Below, piece by piece: positions 15,980 to 24,857 of a DNA stretch of 39,585 nucleotides. The notes below the pieces were generated by a model that worked only from the letters and a program-made list of their open reading frames with translations, was not told the origin of the DNA and did no database searches. The translations under genes and the position numbers were made by a program. This DNA comes from a virus (Duplodnaviria > Caudoviricetes): positions 1 to 39,585 of IMG/VR virus record IMGVR_UViG_3300047548_000102; one strand, written 5' to 3'. Within the stretch, counting starts at the first letter, position 1. Each line of letters starts with the position of its first letter.

Positions 15980-16207
15980 TTGACCGTGATCAACGATGCA
16001 ACATTCCCTTACACGTACCAGCGCCACCATGAGCTCTTCACTGTCTACCGCAACGGTGACGCTCAGCACACAATGGTTACTGTAAACTTCTCCGGTCAGA
16101 GCGTACAGGTCTCTCTGTGGCTGTCTGATGAAGAACTGAAGGACCTTACAGGCATGTTGTCGGATTGTCTGGAGACTTCCAAGCCCTTGTTTACGGAGGT
16201 AGCATGA
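15980..16207 (+). CDS. Hypothetical protein
   Basis: AAGGAG SD; ATGA coupling downstream. Confidence 0.65.
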   Translation: MTVINDATFPYTYQRHHELFTVYRNGDAQHTMVTVNFSGQSVQVSLWLSDEELKDLTGMLSDCLETSKPLFTEVA

Positions 16208-16353
16208 CTAACATAATCGAACGACTTTCACTATCATTTGAGACAGATAATCGAGAAGTATCGTCTTTGGAGTATATTCGATCCATTGACATACTTGAGG
16301 AGGAACAATACATCGTATCTCAAATCGTCACAGATAATCACTTGGAGGATTAA
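16204..16353 (+). CDS. Hypothetical acidic protein (49 aa)
   Basis: GGAGGT SD; ATGA overlap. Confidence 0.55.
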   Translation: MTNIIERLSLSFETDNREVSSLEYIRSIDILEEEQYIVSQIVTDNHLED

Positions 16354-16354
16354 C

Positions 16355-16501
16355 ATGTATGGAGTATATTTCAAATCAAGCGGTATTATTGCTGCTAGGT
16401 TTATGGATAGAGTAGACGCTAAGTTCTGGGCCTGGGTTAATGACCTTGACCACGAAGGCAATTCTATGGGTTTGTTTGTCGTCAAGAAAGTACCATCATG
16501 A
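16355..16501 (+). CDS. Hypothetical protein (48 aa)
   Basis: GGAGG SD before ATG 16355. Confidence 0.6.
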   Translation: MYGVYFKSSGIIAARFMDRVDAKFWAWVNDLDHEGNSMGLFVVKKVPS

Positions 16502-16737
16502 GTCCATACGGAATGTCAAGAAAAGAGCTTGAGGACACTGTTGTAATTTTACAACAGATCTGCAACAATGCAGCACGCACTGTTAATGCTGCAATGCTCG
16601 AACTCAAGCATGGAATCCCGCTTAGGTCTCTAGACTTGCTCAATGATGCCTTGCACCAGCTCACCGATGCCCCTGCAAGGCCTCTAGAACCCTCTAGGAT
16701 CAATCAAAATCACTTAACCTATACCGAGGTAGCCTGA
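16498..16737 (+). CDS. Hypothetical protein (79 aa)
   Basis: ATGA coupling. Confidence 0.55.
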   Translation: MSPYGMSRKELEDTVVILQQICNNAARTVNAAMLELKHGIPLRSLDLLNDALHQLTDAPARPLEPSRINQNHLTYTEVA

Positions 16738-16980
16738 ATGCGTTGCGCCTGCTGTAATCGTGCTCTGTCAGACTTCGAGTCAACCCGTCGTCATGCTCTT
16801 ACTAACGCTTTCCTTGATCTCTGTAATGGTTGCTTTGATGAAGTGAGCCAGGATGCAGACATCCCAGTTAAGACACGGGGAGACCTTGAGTGTTGTGAAG
16901 ACACCACACCAGACCTTGACAACCTCTATACTATAGAGTACAATGATGCTTACATTGATGCCTTTTATGATGATGAATAA
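16738..16980 (+). CDS. Zinc-finger protein with acidic tail
   Basis: CACC...CNGC motif; GAGGT SD. Confidence 0.7.
   Translation: MRCACCNRALSDFESTRRHALTNAFLDLCNGCFDEVSQDADIPVKTRGDLECCEDTTPDLDNLYTIEYNDAYIDAFYDDE
16916..16944 (+). promoter_or_regulatory. Sigma70-type promoter with palindrome in the spacer, upstream of replication genes
   Basis: TTGACA-17 bp-TACAAT; spacer contains CTCTATA-C-TATAGAG. Confidence 0.7.
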
Positions 16981-17024
16981 GTATAATAATAAATGATTCT
17001 TTAATGTCTTTAAAGGAGATTGTT

Positions 17025-17225
17025 ATGTCTGACTATGATCTTGTTGATGATTCTTTAATGGCTTCTCAGGAATATATCAATGAATGTAATCAGATTATGA
17101 AAGACTGTTACTTCTGGGGTATCTATAATGAGGTTGCAGACCTTATTGTCGAACATGGCTGGGAGCACGTCAAAGCCCGCATTGATGAGGCTTTGAACAG
17201 GATTAATGGTTATGACAACGATTAA
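17025..17225 (+). CDS. Hypothetical acidic protein
   Basis: AAGGAG SD before ATG 17025. Confidence 0.65.
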   Translation: MSDYDLVDDSLMASQEYINECNQIMKDCYFWGIYNEVADLIVEHGWEHVKARIDEALNRINGYDND

Positions 17226-17243
17226 CCCCACAAAATCAGTGCT

Positions 17244-17417
17244 ATGTCCACGAATAACCCTATAGATACCCTTGTCGAACCTAAGACAATCAAGTATCGT
17301 CCTAACTGGCCTTTCTATGTCTACACTGACTTTGAGAAAGGAAAGTTAGTCATCAATAAAGCACCGAGACAAACCAAGAAACAATATCTTGAAACACTTG
17401 AAGAGGCTTTACTGTGA
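17244..17417 (+). CDS. Hypothetical protein (57 aa)
   Basis: Manual translation ...YRPNWPFYVY...LEEALL*; GTGA overlap with the next gene. Confidence 0.5.
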   Translation: MSTNNPIDTLVEPKTIKYRPNWPFYVYTDFEKGKLVINKAPRQTKKQYLETLEEALL

Positions 17418-17653
17418 AGTTTAATGTTCTGGTTACTGTTCAAGACACAGGCTTTGAGGTTGTCGGATGCTATGAGCGTTATGTCCCTGGACGCTCACAT
17501 GGGCATCCTGACGAATGGGAACCATCAGAGCCTGAAGAATTCGACGTTGAGGCTATTAACGTCAATGGTGTTGACGTAGCAGACTTCTTGTCGGACTACT
17601 ACTATCGTTGGATTAGTGATTGTGCTTTGCAGGAACTTAGGAGTAACTCATGA
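17414..17653 (+). CDS. Hypothetical protein (79 aa)
   Basis: Coupled on both sides; PDEWEP.EPEEFDV motif. Confidence 0.65.
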   Translation: MKFNVLVTVQDTGFEVVGCYERYVPGRSHGHPDEWEPSEPEEFDVEAINVNGVDVADFLSDYYYRWISDCALQELRSNS

Positions 17654-17856
17654 AAGCCACACTAGAGTTTGACCTTCCAGACGATCAACACGCATTTAAT
17701 CTCGCAAATAAAGCCGCAGAGATGCACAGTCTGATTCTGGGTTGTCATGAACGCTTGCGCATGTACGTCAAGCACGGTAACCCTGATAACGAGTCAGCGA
17801 TGGACGTTATCGAGGATGTTAAGTTCAGGTTAAGTGTTGTTTTGGACTACGAATGA
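17650..17856 (+). CDS. Conserved phage hypothetical protein (MKATLEFDLPDD type)
   Basis: AGGAG SD; ATGA overlaps. Confidence 0.7.
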   Translation: MKATLEFDLPDDQHAFNLANKAAEMHSLILGCHERLRMYVKHGNPDNESAMDVIEDVKFRLSVVLDYE

Positions 17857-19463
17857 CCTCTAAATTCTTGCGTCATGTGTCGTGCACCTACTGCGGTAGT
17901 TCCGATGCTGGTGCAATCTATGATGATGGACACTTCCACTGCTTCAAGTGTGGAACAACCAAGCAGGAATCAGAACTGGAATACGATGATATTTGCTGGT
18001 ATAACGCACAAAGTGGACGAAGTATCAACACAAAGACGATCATGGACATTCCAGGAGATTACAAATCAATCAGTGATAGGGGCATTAGCAGAGCCACATG
18101 CGAGAAGTTTGGAGTCAAGCAGGATGAGGCTAAACACTTCTATCCCTACTATGACACCGAGGGAACACTCTCAGCATACAAGACCCGTCATGTAGCAAAT
18201 AAGAGCTTTGCAATCACTGGTGACTTCGGAAAGGCTACGCTCTTTGGGCAGCACTTGTTTCACTCTGGTGGCAAGTACGTCACCATCTATGAAGGAGAAC
18301 TAGACGCTCTGGCAGGCTTTCAACTCACAGGGTCTCAGTGGCCTTCAGTGAGCATCAGGAATGGCGCACAGGCTGCATTAAAGGACTGCAAGGCACAGTT
18401 TGAGTGGTTGAACACCTTCGAGACTGTGGTGATCTGCTTTGATGCTGATGAGCCAGGGAAGAAAGCTGCAAGGGAAGTTGCAGAATTGTTTGGCACCAAA
18501 GCCAAGATTGTTAAACACTTGACAGGATACAAAGATGCGTGTGATTACTTGGTTGCTGGGGCTGGTAAGGAATTCGTCAATGAATGGTGGAGGGCCGAAG
18601 TTTGGACACCTGATGGTATCGTTAATGCTGCCGACCTTTGGGAAGACGTCAGCAAACCAGAAAAGCCAGCAGATGCACAATATCCTTGGAAAGGCCTGAA
18701 TAAGCTCTTGTACGGTATCCGTTCAGCAGAACTCATCACAGTCACTGCCGGGTCAGGATTGGGTAAGAGTCAGTTCCTTCGAGAGATCCTGTATCATTTG
18801 CTTAAATCGACAAACTTCCGGATAGGTGCGATGTTCTTAGAAGAATCTATACGCAAGACTGCAAGAAGCATCATGTCAGTACACGCTAACAAGATGCTTC
18901 ACTTACCGGACACACCAGTGACTGACAAGGAACTCCATGATTCTTTCGATGCTACTCTTGGTACTGGCAGGGTTTTTCTTTTTGATCATTTTGGATCAAC
19001 GGATATTGATAACATCCTTAACCGGATTCGATACATGGCAAAAGCTCTTGATTGCCGCGTTGTGTTTTTGGATCATATCTCTATTGTCATTTCAGGCCAG
19101 GATCTTGGAGATGAGCGTAAAGCCATTGACAACTTGATGACTAAGCTGAGGACGTTGGTGCAGGAACTAGAGATTACACTGTTCTGTGTGTCTCACCTTC
19201 GCAGGCCTCAAGGCAACGCAGGACACGAAGATGGACAATCTGTGTCGTTGTCACAGTTGCGAGGCTCTGGTGCTATTGCTCAGTTGTCAGACGCTGTGAT
19301 CACACTGGAGCGTAACAGCATGGCTGAGAATGAATCAGAAAGGCATACGACTAAGGTTGCAGTGGCTAAGAATAGATTCAATGGCTACACTGGACCTGCG
19401 TGTCATTTGCGTTTCGATACAGAAACCGGTAGAATGTGTGAAGTTGAAGAGGAGACATTGTGA
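17853..19463 (+). CDS. T7 gp4-like DNA primase-helicase
   Basis: N-terminal CxxC...CxxC zinc domain, TOPRIM EGELDA and FDAD, Walker A AGSGLGKS, LDHISI, LRGSG motifs. Confidence 0.95.
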   Translation: MTSKFLRHVSCTYCGSSDAGAIYDDGHFHCFKCGTTKQESELEYDDICWYNAQSGRSINTKTIMDIPGDYKSISDRGISRATCEKFGVKQDEAKHFYPYYDTEGTLSAYKTRHVANKSFAITGDFGKATLFGQHLFHSGGKYVTIYEGELDALAGFQLTGSQWPSVSIRNGAQAALKDCKAQFEWLNTFETVVICFDADEPGKKAAREVAELFGTKAKIVKHLTGYKDACDYLVAGAGKEFVNEWWRAEVWTPDGIVNAADLWEDVSKPEKPADAQYPWKGLNKLLYGIRSAELITVTAGSGLGKSQFLREILYHLLKSTNFRIGAMFLEESIRKTARSIMSVHANKMLHLPDTPVTDKELHDSFDATLGTGRVFLFDHFGSTDIDNILNRIRYMAKALDCRVVFLDHISIVISGQDLGDERKAIDNLMTKLRTLVQELEITLFCVSHLRRPQGNAGHEDGQSVSLSQLRGSGAIAQLSDAVITLERNSMAENESERHTTKVAVAKNRFNGYTGPACHLRFDTETGRMCEVEEETL

Positions 19464-19687
19464 CTAGAGAAGACACCCTACGCATGGCGCATGAAGCTGA
19501 CTGCCTAGACACTCAGCATTACGGTTCGGTTTGGGCTGATAAGTTGCTGCGTTTTGCTATTCTTGTCGCCGCCGCCGAGCGTGAGGCATGCGCGAAGGTA
19601 TGTGAAAACGACTTCTTGCTGCACTACGACCCGGTTCAAACGCAAACTAACTTCGTCACCGCCATCCGCGCAAGGGGGCAAGCATGA
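19460..19687 (+). CDS. Hypothetical protein (AAAEREACAKVCE type)
   Basis: Recurrent phage motif ...FAxLVAAAEREACA...AIRARG; coupled. Confidence 0.7.
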   Translation: MTREDTLRMAHEADCLDTQHYGSVWADKLLRFAILVAAAEREACAKVCENDFLLHYDPVQTQTNFVTAIRARGQA

Positions 19688-20226
19688 GCACACTACGCGA
19701 AGCCGCCCAGCAGGCGCTGGAGCATGTTCAGGAATTCAAGCGCCGATGGATGGCTGTGCCGCCGTTTGGCAACAAGGTGAACAAGGCGACCCGAGAGGCT
19801 GTGACTCTCGCGCATACGCCAGTGTTTCAGCTTGAGGAAGCCCTCCGCGCCGCGCTGGAGGAGCCGGAGCAGGAGCCGGTGGCGATTAGCTGGGTACTCG
19901 ATGGCGACAAAGACTGCGGGTACAACAACTGGCTAGGCATCACGCCATTTGGTCGCATCCTCATCACATGGAAAGGGTGGAAGGAACACCTTGATGCCTG
20001 CGTCGATGAGTTCCCCGGTGTCTTCCAGGCCTATGGCGAACCTGACTATGTGAAAGCCGCGTGTGAGGCCGAGTACATCAGACGGCTTGGTCGTGCCCAC
20101 CCACCCCGCCGCGAGTGGCGAGGACTGACGGAGGAGGAGATCGGTGCCATCACGATGCCAGATTGGAATTGCTTCCAAAACGCCCGCGCCATCGAGGCCG
20201 CGCTGAAGGAGAAGAACCATGAGTAA
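19684..20226 (+). CDS. Mosaic hypothetical protein (180 aa)
   Basis: LREAAQQALE / EQEPVA / WRGLTEEEI / ARAIEAALKEKN modules; GC-rich. Confidence 0.7.
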   Translation: MSTLREAAQQALEHVQEFKRRWMAVPPFGNKVNKATREAVTLAHTPVFQLEEALRAALEEPEQEPVAISWVLDGDKDCGYNNWLGITPFGRILITWKGWKEHLDACVDEFPGVFQAYGEPDYVKAACEAEYIRRLGRAHPPRREWRGLTEEEIGAITMPDWNCFQNARAIEAALKEKNHE

Positions 20227-20559
20227 ACAAAACGAAGCCCTGCGGCTGGCTGACCGGCTTGAAAAGCGTCGATTGACGCGCTGGGTGCACGCAACGGGAG
20301 AGACACCGCGAGCATCAGGCTATGTGGTTGACCAAGACTGCGCTGAAGCCGCCGCCGAACTGCGCCGCCTGCATGCGGTGAATCAGGAACTGCTGGAGGC
20401 GTTGCTTTTGATGGTCGCCACCCACGACGAGCCTGCGGGGTTTGTTGGAAAGTACGGACGAGCGCTTGATGAGGCAATCAACAAACAGCAACAGAAGATT
20501 GACGCTCGGCTTCTAAAAGCCCGCGTCGCCATCGCCAAAGCGGAGGAGAAGAACCATGA
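20207..20559. repeat. 16-bp direct repeat AGGAGAAGAACCATGA at 20207..20222 and 20544..20559
   Basis: Exact match; each copy contains SD plus start codon. Confidence 0.85.
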
Positions 20560-20569
20560 TCAGCCTTGA
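20219..20569 (+). CDS. Hypothetical protein (116 aa), repeat-bounded cassette
   Basis: ALRLADRL...AAAELRRLH..NQELLEAL motifs; flanked by 16-bp repeats. Confidence 0.7.
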   Translation: MSKQNEALRLADRLEKRRLTRWVHATGETPRASGYVVDQDCAEAAAELRRLHAVNQELLEALLLMVATHDEPAGFVGKYGRALDEAINKQQQKIDARLLKARVAIAKAEEKNHDQP

Positions 20570-20735
20570 ACAGTTGATTGGAAGAGTTTGGGAGCTACAA
20601 GGAAAGTATGATGATCTTCAACACAAGTATCAGCTATTGATCCACCAGTATGAGCAGTTGAAAGAAGCATATGAGAATTGTTCTCGACATCGAGACAAAC
20701 AGCAAGGCGAAGAAGATTCACCTAGTAGTAACTAA
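20556..20735 (+). CDS. Small coiled-coil protein (59 aa)
   Basis: Manual translation MISLEQLIGRVWELQGKYDDL...; AGGAG SD. Confidence 0.6.
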   Translation: MISLEQLIGRVWELQGKYDDLQHKYQLLIHQYEQLKEAYENCSRHRDKQQGEEDSPSSN

Positions 20736-22407
20736 AGATATTGACACTGGAAAAGTACATATATGGAAGGAAGCAAGCAGCCTACAGGAGTATATAAAGG
20801 ACGCTACATTGATTATCGGACAAAACATCATCGGGTTCGATGCTCCGATCCTCAATCGTACCTGGGGGACGAAGATACGCTTGAAGACAGTCTTCGACAC
20901 CTTGATAGCGTCAAGACTGCTAGAGCCGAGCAGGGAAGGCGGACACAGCCTAGAGGCTTGGGGAAAGACATTAGGGAAGAACAAGATTGACTATGCGATC
21001 CGGTGGGAAGAACTTGCAGGCCGTAAGCAACTTTATCGTGGGGAGTGTTTTGATGATCCTTTTGATGATCTTCTTGTTGAATATTGCGTTGGTGATGTTG
21101 AAGTAACGGAACTGCTCTACAATCATCTTACAACCCAGCTAAAGAAGAAGGAGTTCTCAGATGAAAGCATTGAACTTGAACACCAAGTAGCAGCCATCGT
21201 AGAGACACAAACTAAAAATGGCTTCAAACTTGACATCCCATACACGACCAGTCTACTTGCTGACATCAAAGGAAGAATGGCAGAAGTTTATGAGTCAATG
21301 CAGCAGCGTTGGCCTGCCTATGAAGTCCCCCGAGTCAGTGAAAAGACTGGCAAGTCTCTTAAACCCAAACTGGTTGAGTTCAATCCAGGATCAAGAAAGC
21401 AGATCGGAGAAAAGCTGATAGAACTTGGGTGGAAACCTGAGACGTTTACTGAGACAGGACAGCCCCAAGTGGATGAAGGGGTGCTGTCTAAGTTGTCCTT
21501 TCCTGAAGCCAAGATGATTGCAGAGTATCTGATGCTCCAGAAGCGTGTAGCACAGATTGAGTCATGGATGGAGGCTCTGGGAGAAGACAATCGAGTACAC
21601 GGCAGGGTGATCACCAACGGTGCGATCACAGGTCGAGCAACTCACTCTAATCCAAATATGTCGCAGACGCCTAATGCTTCGGCGGCATACGGAAGGGAGT
21701 GTAGGAAGTGCTGGACAGTTGAAGATGGGAATGTACTTGTGGGGTGCGACTTGTCGGGCATTGAACTGCGGTGCTTGTCGCACTACATGCAAGATGCTGA
21801 GTGGCAGCGTGAATTACTTGAGGGGGACGTACACTGGAAGAACACGCAGGCCTTCGGCTTAGTTCCGATGGGCACAGTTAAGCAAGATACGAAGGAGCAC
21901 AAAGATGCTCGCAATCTCAGTAAGACGCTGACATATTCCATATGCTACGGCGCAGGCCCTGCAAAGGTTGGAAGCACTGTAGGAGGTGGAGCCAAAGAGG
22001 GCGCGAAGCTGATAGACAACTTTATGAACAACACACCGTCTCTCAAGAAACTGAAGACTAAGGTGGACAAGTATGCTGCTAAGGGCTGGGTTCCGGGCCT
22101 TGATGGCAGGAAGATTTGGGTAAGAAGTGAACACTCGGCACTGAACAGTCTGCTTCAGTCTGCTGGGGCTATCATTGCTAAGAAGTGGATTTGTATTACA
22201 CACGCAGACCTTAAGAAAGCAAAGGTTGACTGTAAACAAGTCCTCTGGTCGCACGATGAGTTACAATTTGAGACTCGGCCAGAACATGCCGATATTGTTG
22301 GTAAGATCGTTGTTGAAGCCGCACGTAAAGCCGGAGAAGAACTCGGCTTTCGTTGTCCGGTGGATGCAGAGTACAAAGTAGCAAAGGATTGGGATGGAAC
22401 GCACTGA
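20671..22407 (+). CDS. Family A DNA polymerase with 3'-5' exonuclease (T7 gp5-like)
   Basis: ExoI DIET, motif A DLSGIELR, motif B R...KTLTY...YG, motif C HDE. Confidence 0.95.
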   Translation: MRIVLDIETNSKAKKIHLVVTKDIDTGKVHIWKEASSLQEYIKDATLIIGQNIIGFDAPILNRTWGTKIRLKTVFDTLIASRLLEPSREGGHSLEAWGKTLGKNKIDYAIRWEELAGRKQLYRGECFDDPFDDLLVEYCVGDVEVTELLYNHLTTQLKKKEFSDESIELEHQVAAIVETQTKNGFKLDIPYTTSLLADIKGRMAEVYESMQQRWPAYEVPRVSEKTGKSLKPKLVEFNPGSRKQIGEKLIELGWKPETFTETGQPQVDEGVLSKLSFPEAKMIAEYLMLQKRVAQIESWMEALGEDNRVHGRVITNGAITGRATHSNPNMSQTPNASAAYGRECRKCWTVEDGNVLVGCDLSGIELRCLSHYMQDAEWQRELLEGDVHWKNTQAFGLVPMGTVKQDTKEHKDARNLSKTLTYSICYGAGPAKVGSTVGGGAKEGAKLIDNFMNNTPSLKKLKTKVDKYAAKGWVPGLDGRKIWVRSEHSALNSLLQSAGAIIAKKWICITHADLKKAKVDCKQVLWSHDELQFETRPEHADIVGKIVVEAARKAGEELGFRCPVDAEYKVAKDWDGTH

Positions 22408-22582
22408 AAATGAACCCATTGAGCGCATGGTAGTGCTTCAAGTCATTGATGATGAACTCCGGGTTCAGGCATCAGAAGACTTGGATATTGAATACATCGG
22501 GGCAATGTTGTATAAAGCACTACAGGCTATACATTTTGCTGCCTATGGGGTTGACAACGGTAAAGAAAGAGTGCTACAATAG
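22394..22582 (+). CDS. Hypothetical protein (62 aa)
   Basis: AAGGA SD; overlaps the polymerase end. Confidence 0.55.
   Translation: MERTENEPIERMVVLQVIDDELRVQASEDLDIEYIGAMLYKALQAIHFAAYGVDNGKERVLQ
22551..22580 (+). promoter_or_regulatory. Sigma70-type promoter for tRNA/SSB genes
   Basis: TTGACA-18 bp-TACAAT with extended -10 TG. Confidence 0.7.
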
Positions 22583-22608
22583 CATTCATGCAGTCGTAAA
22601 AGACGCAA

Positions 22609-22692
22609 GGGCGATTGGTGAAACTGGTAAACACACTGGCCTTAATCCCCAGCGCGTAATGCTTGAGAGTTCGAGTCTCTCATCGCCCACCA
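22609..22692 (+). tRNA. tRNA-Leu(TAA), class II, atypical anticodon loop
   Basis: Acceptor GGGCGAT/ATCGCCC, D arm GTG..GG..CAC, T arm GAGAG-TTCGAGT-CTCTC, long variable arm, A73 and encoded CCA; loop CTTAATC. Confidence 0.85.
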
Positions 22693-22716
22693 ATTTAATC
22701 GAAAGAGGAATAAACA

Positions 22717-23145
22717 ATGAGTGATGTTATCAAGCCTATCAAAGTTTCTGGTGAACTGTTTTGGGCTTCGTTCATGAACACCTTCAACACCAAGTTCGAC
22801 AGCGAAAACGAAAAGTATGAGTGCTGCCTGGGTGGCCTCAGCAAGGCTGCTGTAGAGGCCCTGGAGAGCCAACTAGGCATCAAGATTAAAGACCGGGATC
22901 CTATGGGACGCTACATCGTAGGCAAGTCCAAGTATGTCTTTGAGCCTGTGGACGAAGATGGTAACAAGGTTGACATTGCGAAGATCGGTAACGGCACCAA
23001 GGTTGTGGCTCTGGTGTCTTCCTATCGTCATAAGATGTCGTCTAAGTTCGGGGCTTCTCCATCGATTCGTAAGTTGATTGTGACTGAACTCAAGGTGTAC
23101 GACCCTGAAGGCAGCGTAGCGGAAGAGAATGACGACATCCTGTGA
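22717..23145 (+). CDS. Single-stranded DNA-binding protein (gp2.5-like)
   Basis: GELFWA, IGNGTKV motifs, acidic tail EENDDIL; position in the replication module. Confidence 0.75.
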   Translation: MSDVIKPIKVSGELFWASFMNTFNTKFDSENEKYECCLGGLSKAAVEALESQLGIKIKDRDPMGRYIVGKSKYVFEPVDEDGNKVDIAKIGNGTKVVALVSSYRHKMSSKFGASPSIRKLIVTELKVYDPEGSVAEENDDIL

Positions 23146-23611
23146 TGATCTGACTGCTGAGGAGCTTAAAAAGCTCCTCAGTTACGACCCCCTCACAGGC
23201 TTTTTTACTTGGAATAAAACACTGGGAAGCAGGGCCAAACAAGGGGGAAAAGCGGGCGGTATTTGTAAAACACATGGCTATCACTTTATACGGCTGCGTG
23301 ACAAACTGTATAGGTCCCACCACCTAGCGTGGTTGTATACTTATGGTGTCTTTCCGAGTCTAGATATTGATCATATAAATCAAGACAGGACCGACAACCG
23401 TATTGAGAACCTGCGGGAAGTGAGTAGAACTCTGAACAATTACAATACTTCTAAGCGGAAGGGGTACGGGAAGAACCACAATAAGTACGTTGCCCGCATA
23501 TATATCGCAGGAAAGCAAGTACATCAAGGTTCTTTCAATACGGAAGAGGAGGCTAAAAATGCATACGAGCGGGCTAAAGCAAAATGCATATCCGAACTAT
23601 GCTATAGTTGA
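23129..23611 (+). mobile_element. Free-standing HNH homing endonuclease with AP2-like C-terminal domain
   Basis: YDPLTG.FTW, H.LAWLY, IDHINQDRTDNRIENLR, G.F.TEEEA..AY. Confidence 0.9.
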
Positions 23612-24314
23612 CTCTGATTTTTTAGTCTACAAAATTGGGTTCGCCACAGCAGACGCGCCGGAAGCCGCCGCCAAGGCTCGTCTCACTGAGTGGCTCGAAA
23701 ATTTCCTTTTCATTAATTTGAAAGTAGACGATTACGAGTGCCACATAACAGGGAAGACAAACTTTAGGAACAACATTGCAGTTACCGCGCCGTACAAGGG
23801 TAACCGAGTGAACCTAGCGAAGCCTGTACATTATCAGGCTCTGAGGGACCACCTAGTTAAACGACACGGTGCAGCAATTTCTGTGGACGAAGAGGCTGAC
23901 GATGTTGTGGCGATTGAGTCTACGAAAAGACTAAATCAGTGCTGGATAGTTGGTCAAGACAAAGATCTCGATCAACTTGAAGGCTGGCATTACAACCCTG
24001 TGAAGGACGAGAAATACTACATCAGTGCCTTTGACGGACTGAAGAACTTTTACAAACAGATGTTAACAGGGGATCGCACCGATAACATTGTTGGTGTTAA
24101 AGGAGTAGGTCCTGTTAAGGCAAACAAACTGCTCATGGACTGCAAGACTGAGCAAGAAATGTATGAGGTCATATGCAAAGTGTACGCCGACAACGGTATA
24201 AAATCTACAAGGATTCTGGAGAACGGGAATCTCCTGTGGCTAAGGAGAAGCGTGATGGAGAGCTGGTGTCCTCCTTCATGCTCGCAGGAACAGTCTGGGA
24301 TGTCTACGAAGTAG
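23559..24314 (+). CDS. 5'-3' exonuclease (T7 gp6/FEN-like)
   Basis: VDSD.LVY, YKGNR, EADD, DKDL, GDRTDNI.GV.GVGPVKA; GAGGAGG SD before ATG 23559. Confidence 0.9.
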   Translation: MHTSGLKQNAYPNYAIVDSDFLVYKIGFATADAPEAAAKARLTEWLENFLFINLKVDDYECHITGKTNFRNNIAVTAPYKGNRVNLAKPVHYQALRDHLVKRHGAAISVDEEADDVVAIESTKRLNQCWIVGQDKDLDQLEGWHYNPVKDEKYYISAFDGLKNFYKQMLTGDRTDNIVGVKGVGPVKANKLLMDCKTEQEMYEVICKVYADNGIKSTRILENGNLLWLRRSVMESWCPPSCSQEQSGMSTK

Positions 24315-24541
24315 ATCACCTGACGGAGATGGGAAACTGTGAGCCTGCTCAGGCTATGCTACGTATCAGCAGGAACATGCCAGTGCAAGCTAAGGAGTCT
24401 ACTTTCTACCATGAGCTCGTCCATGCTATCCTATACACTATGGGCAGGAATGATCACGATGAGGTCTTTGTAGACTCCTTCGGTAACTTCCTTCATCAGT
24501 TTATGAATACATTCCATGAGCCCGAGCAGTGCGAAGAATAA
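24236..24541 (+). CDS. Small HExxH zinc metallopeptidase-like protein (start uncertain)
   Basis: TFYHELVHAIL...HDE motif. Confidence 0.65.
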   Translation: MAKEKRDGELVSSFMLAGTVWDVYEVDHLTEMGNCEPAQAMLRISRNMPVQAKESTFYHELVHAILYTMGRNDHDEVFVDSFGNFLHQFMNTFHEPEQCEE

Positions 24542-24857
24542 GGGTAGGCTCCTACAGCAGTGGGTGGCTAAGAAGCTACTAGAACATGCTCCTAAGCTAG
24601 AACCTGACGATGTTGTCAGTACCAGCATGGGAGCACCTGGGGAAGACGTTAAGTTATCCCCTGCTGCACGTAAGGTTTATCCAATTCAGATAGAATGCAA
24701 GAGTTACGCAAAGATAGCTGTATATGAATTCTACAAACAGGCATCTGTACACGGTAATAAAGAGCCTGTTGTGGTCATTAAGCAGAATCAGTGTAAGCCT
24801 CTTGTTGTTGTCGATGCTGATTATTTCTTTAAGGTAATAAGCGATGCAAGTAAATGA
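24516..24857 (+). CDS. PD-(D/E)xK nuclease, probable Holliday junction resolvase
   Basis: KNKGR.LQQWV...GEDV...IECK. Confidence 0.75.
   Translation: MSPSSAKNKGRLLQQWVAKKLLEHAPKLEPDDVVSTSMGAPGEDVKLSPAARKVYPIQIECKSYAKIAVYEFYKQASVHGNKEPVVVIKQNQCKPLVVVDADYFFKVISDASK

Noticed and set aside
22636-22652. tRNA read as ochre (TTA) suppressor or sign of genetic recoding
   Set aside because: Stem geometry centres the loop on TAA, and genes terminate normally at TAA, TGA and TAG
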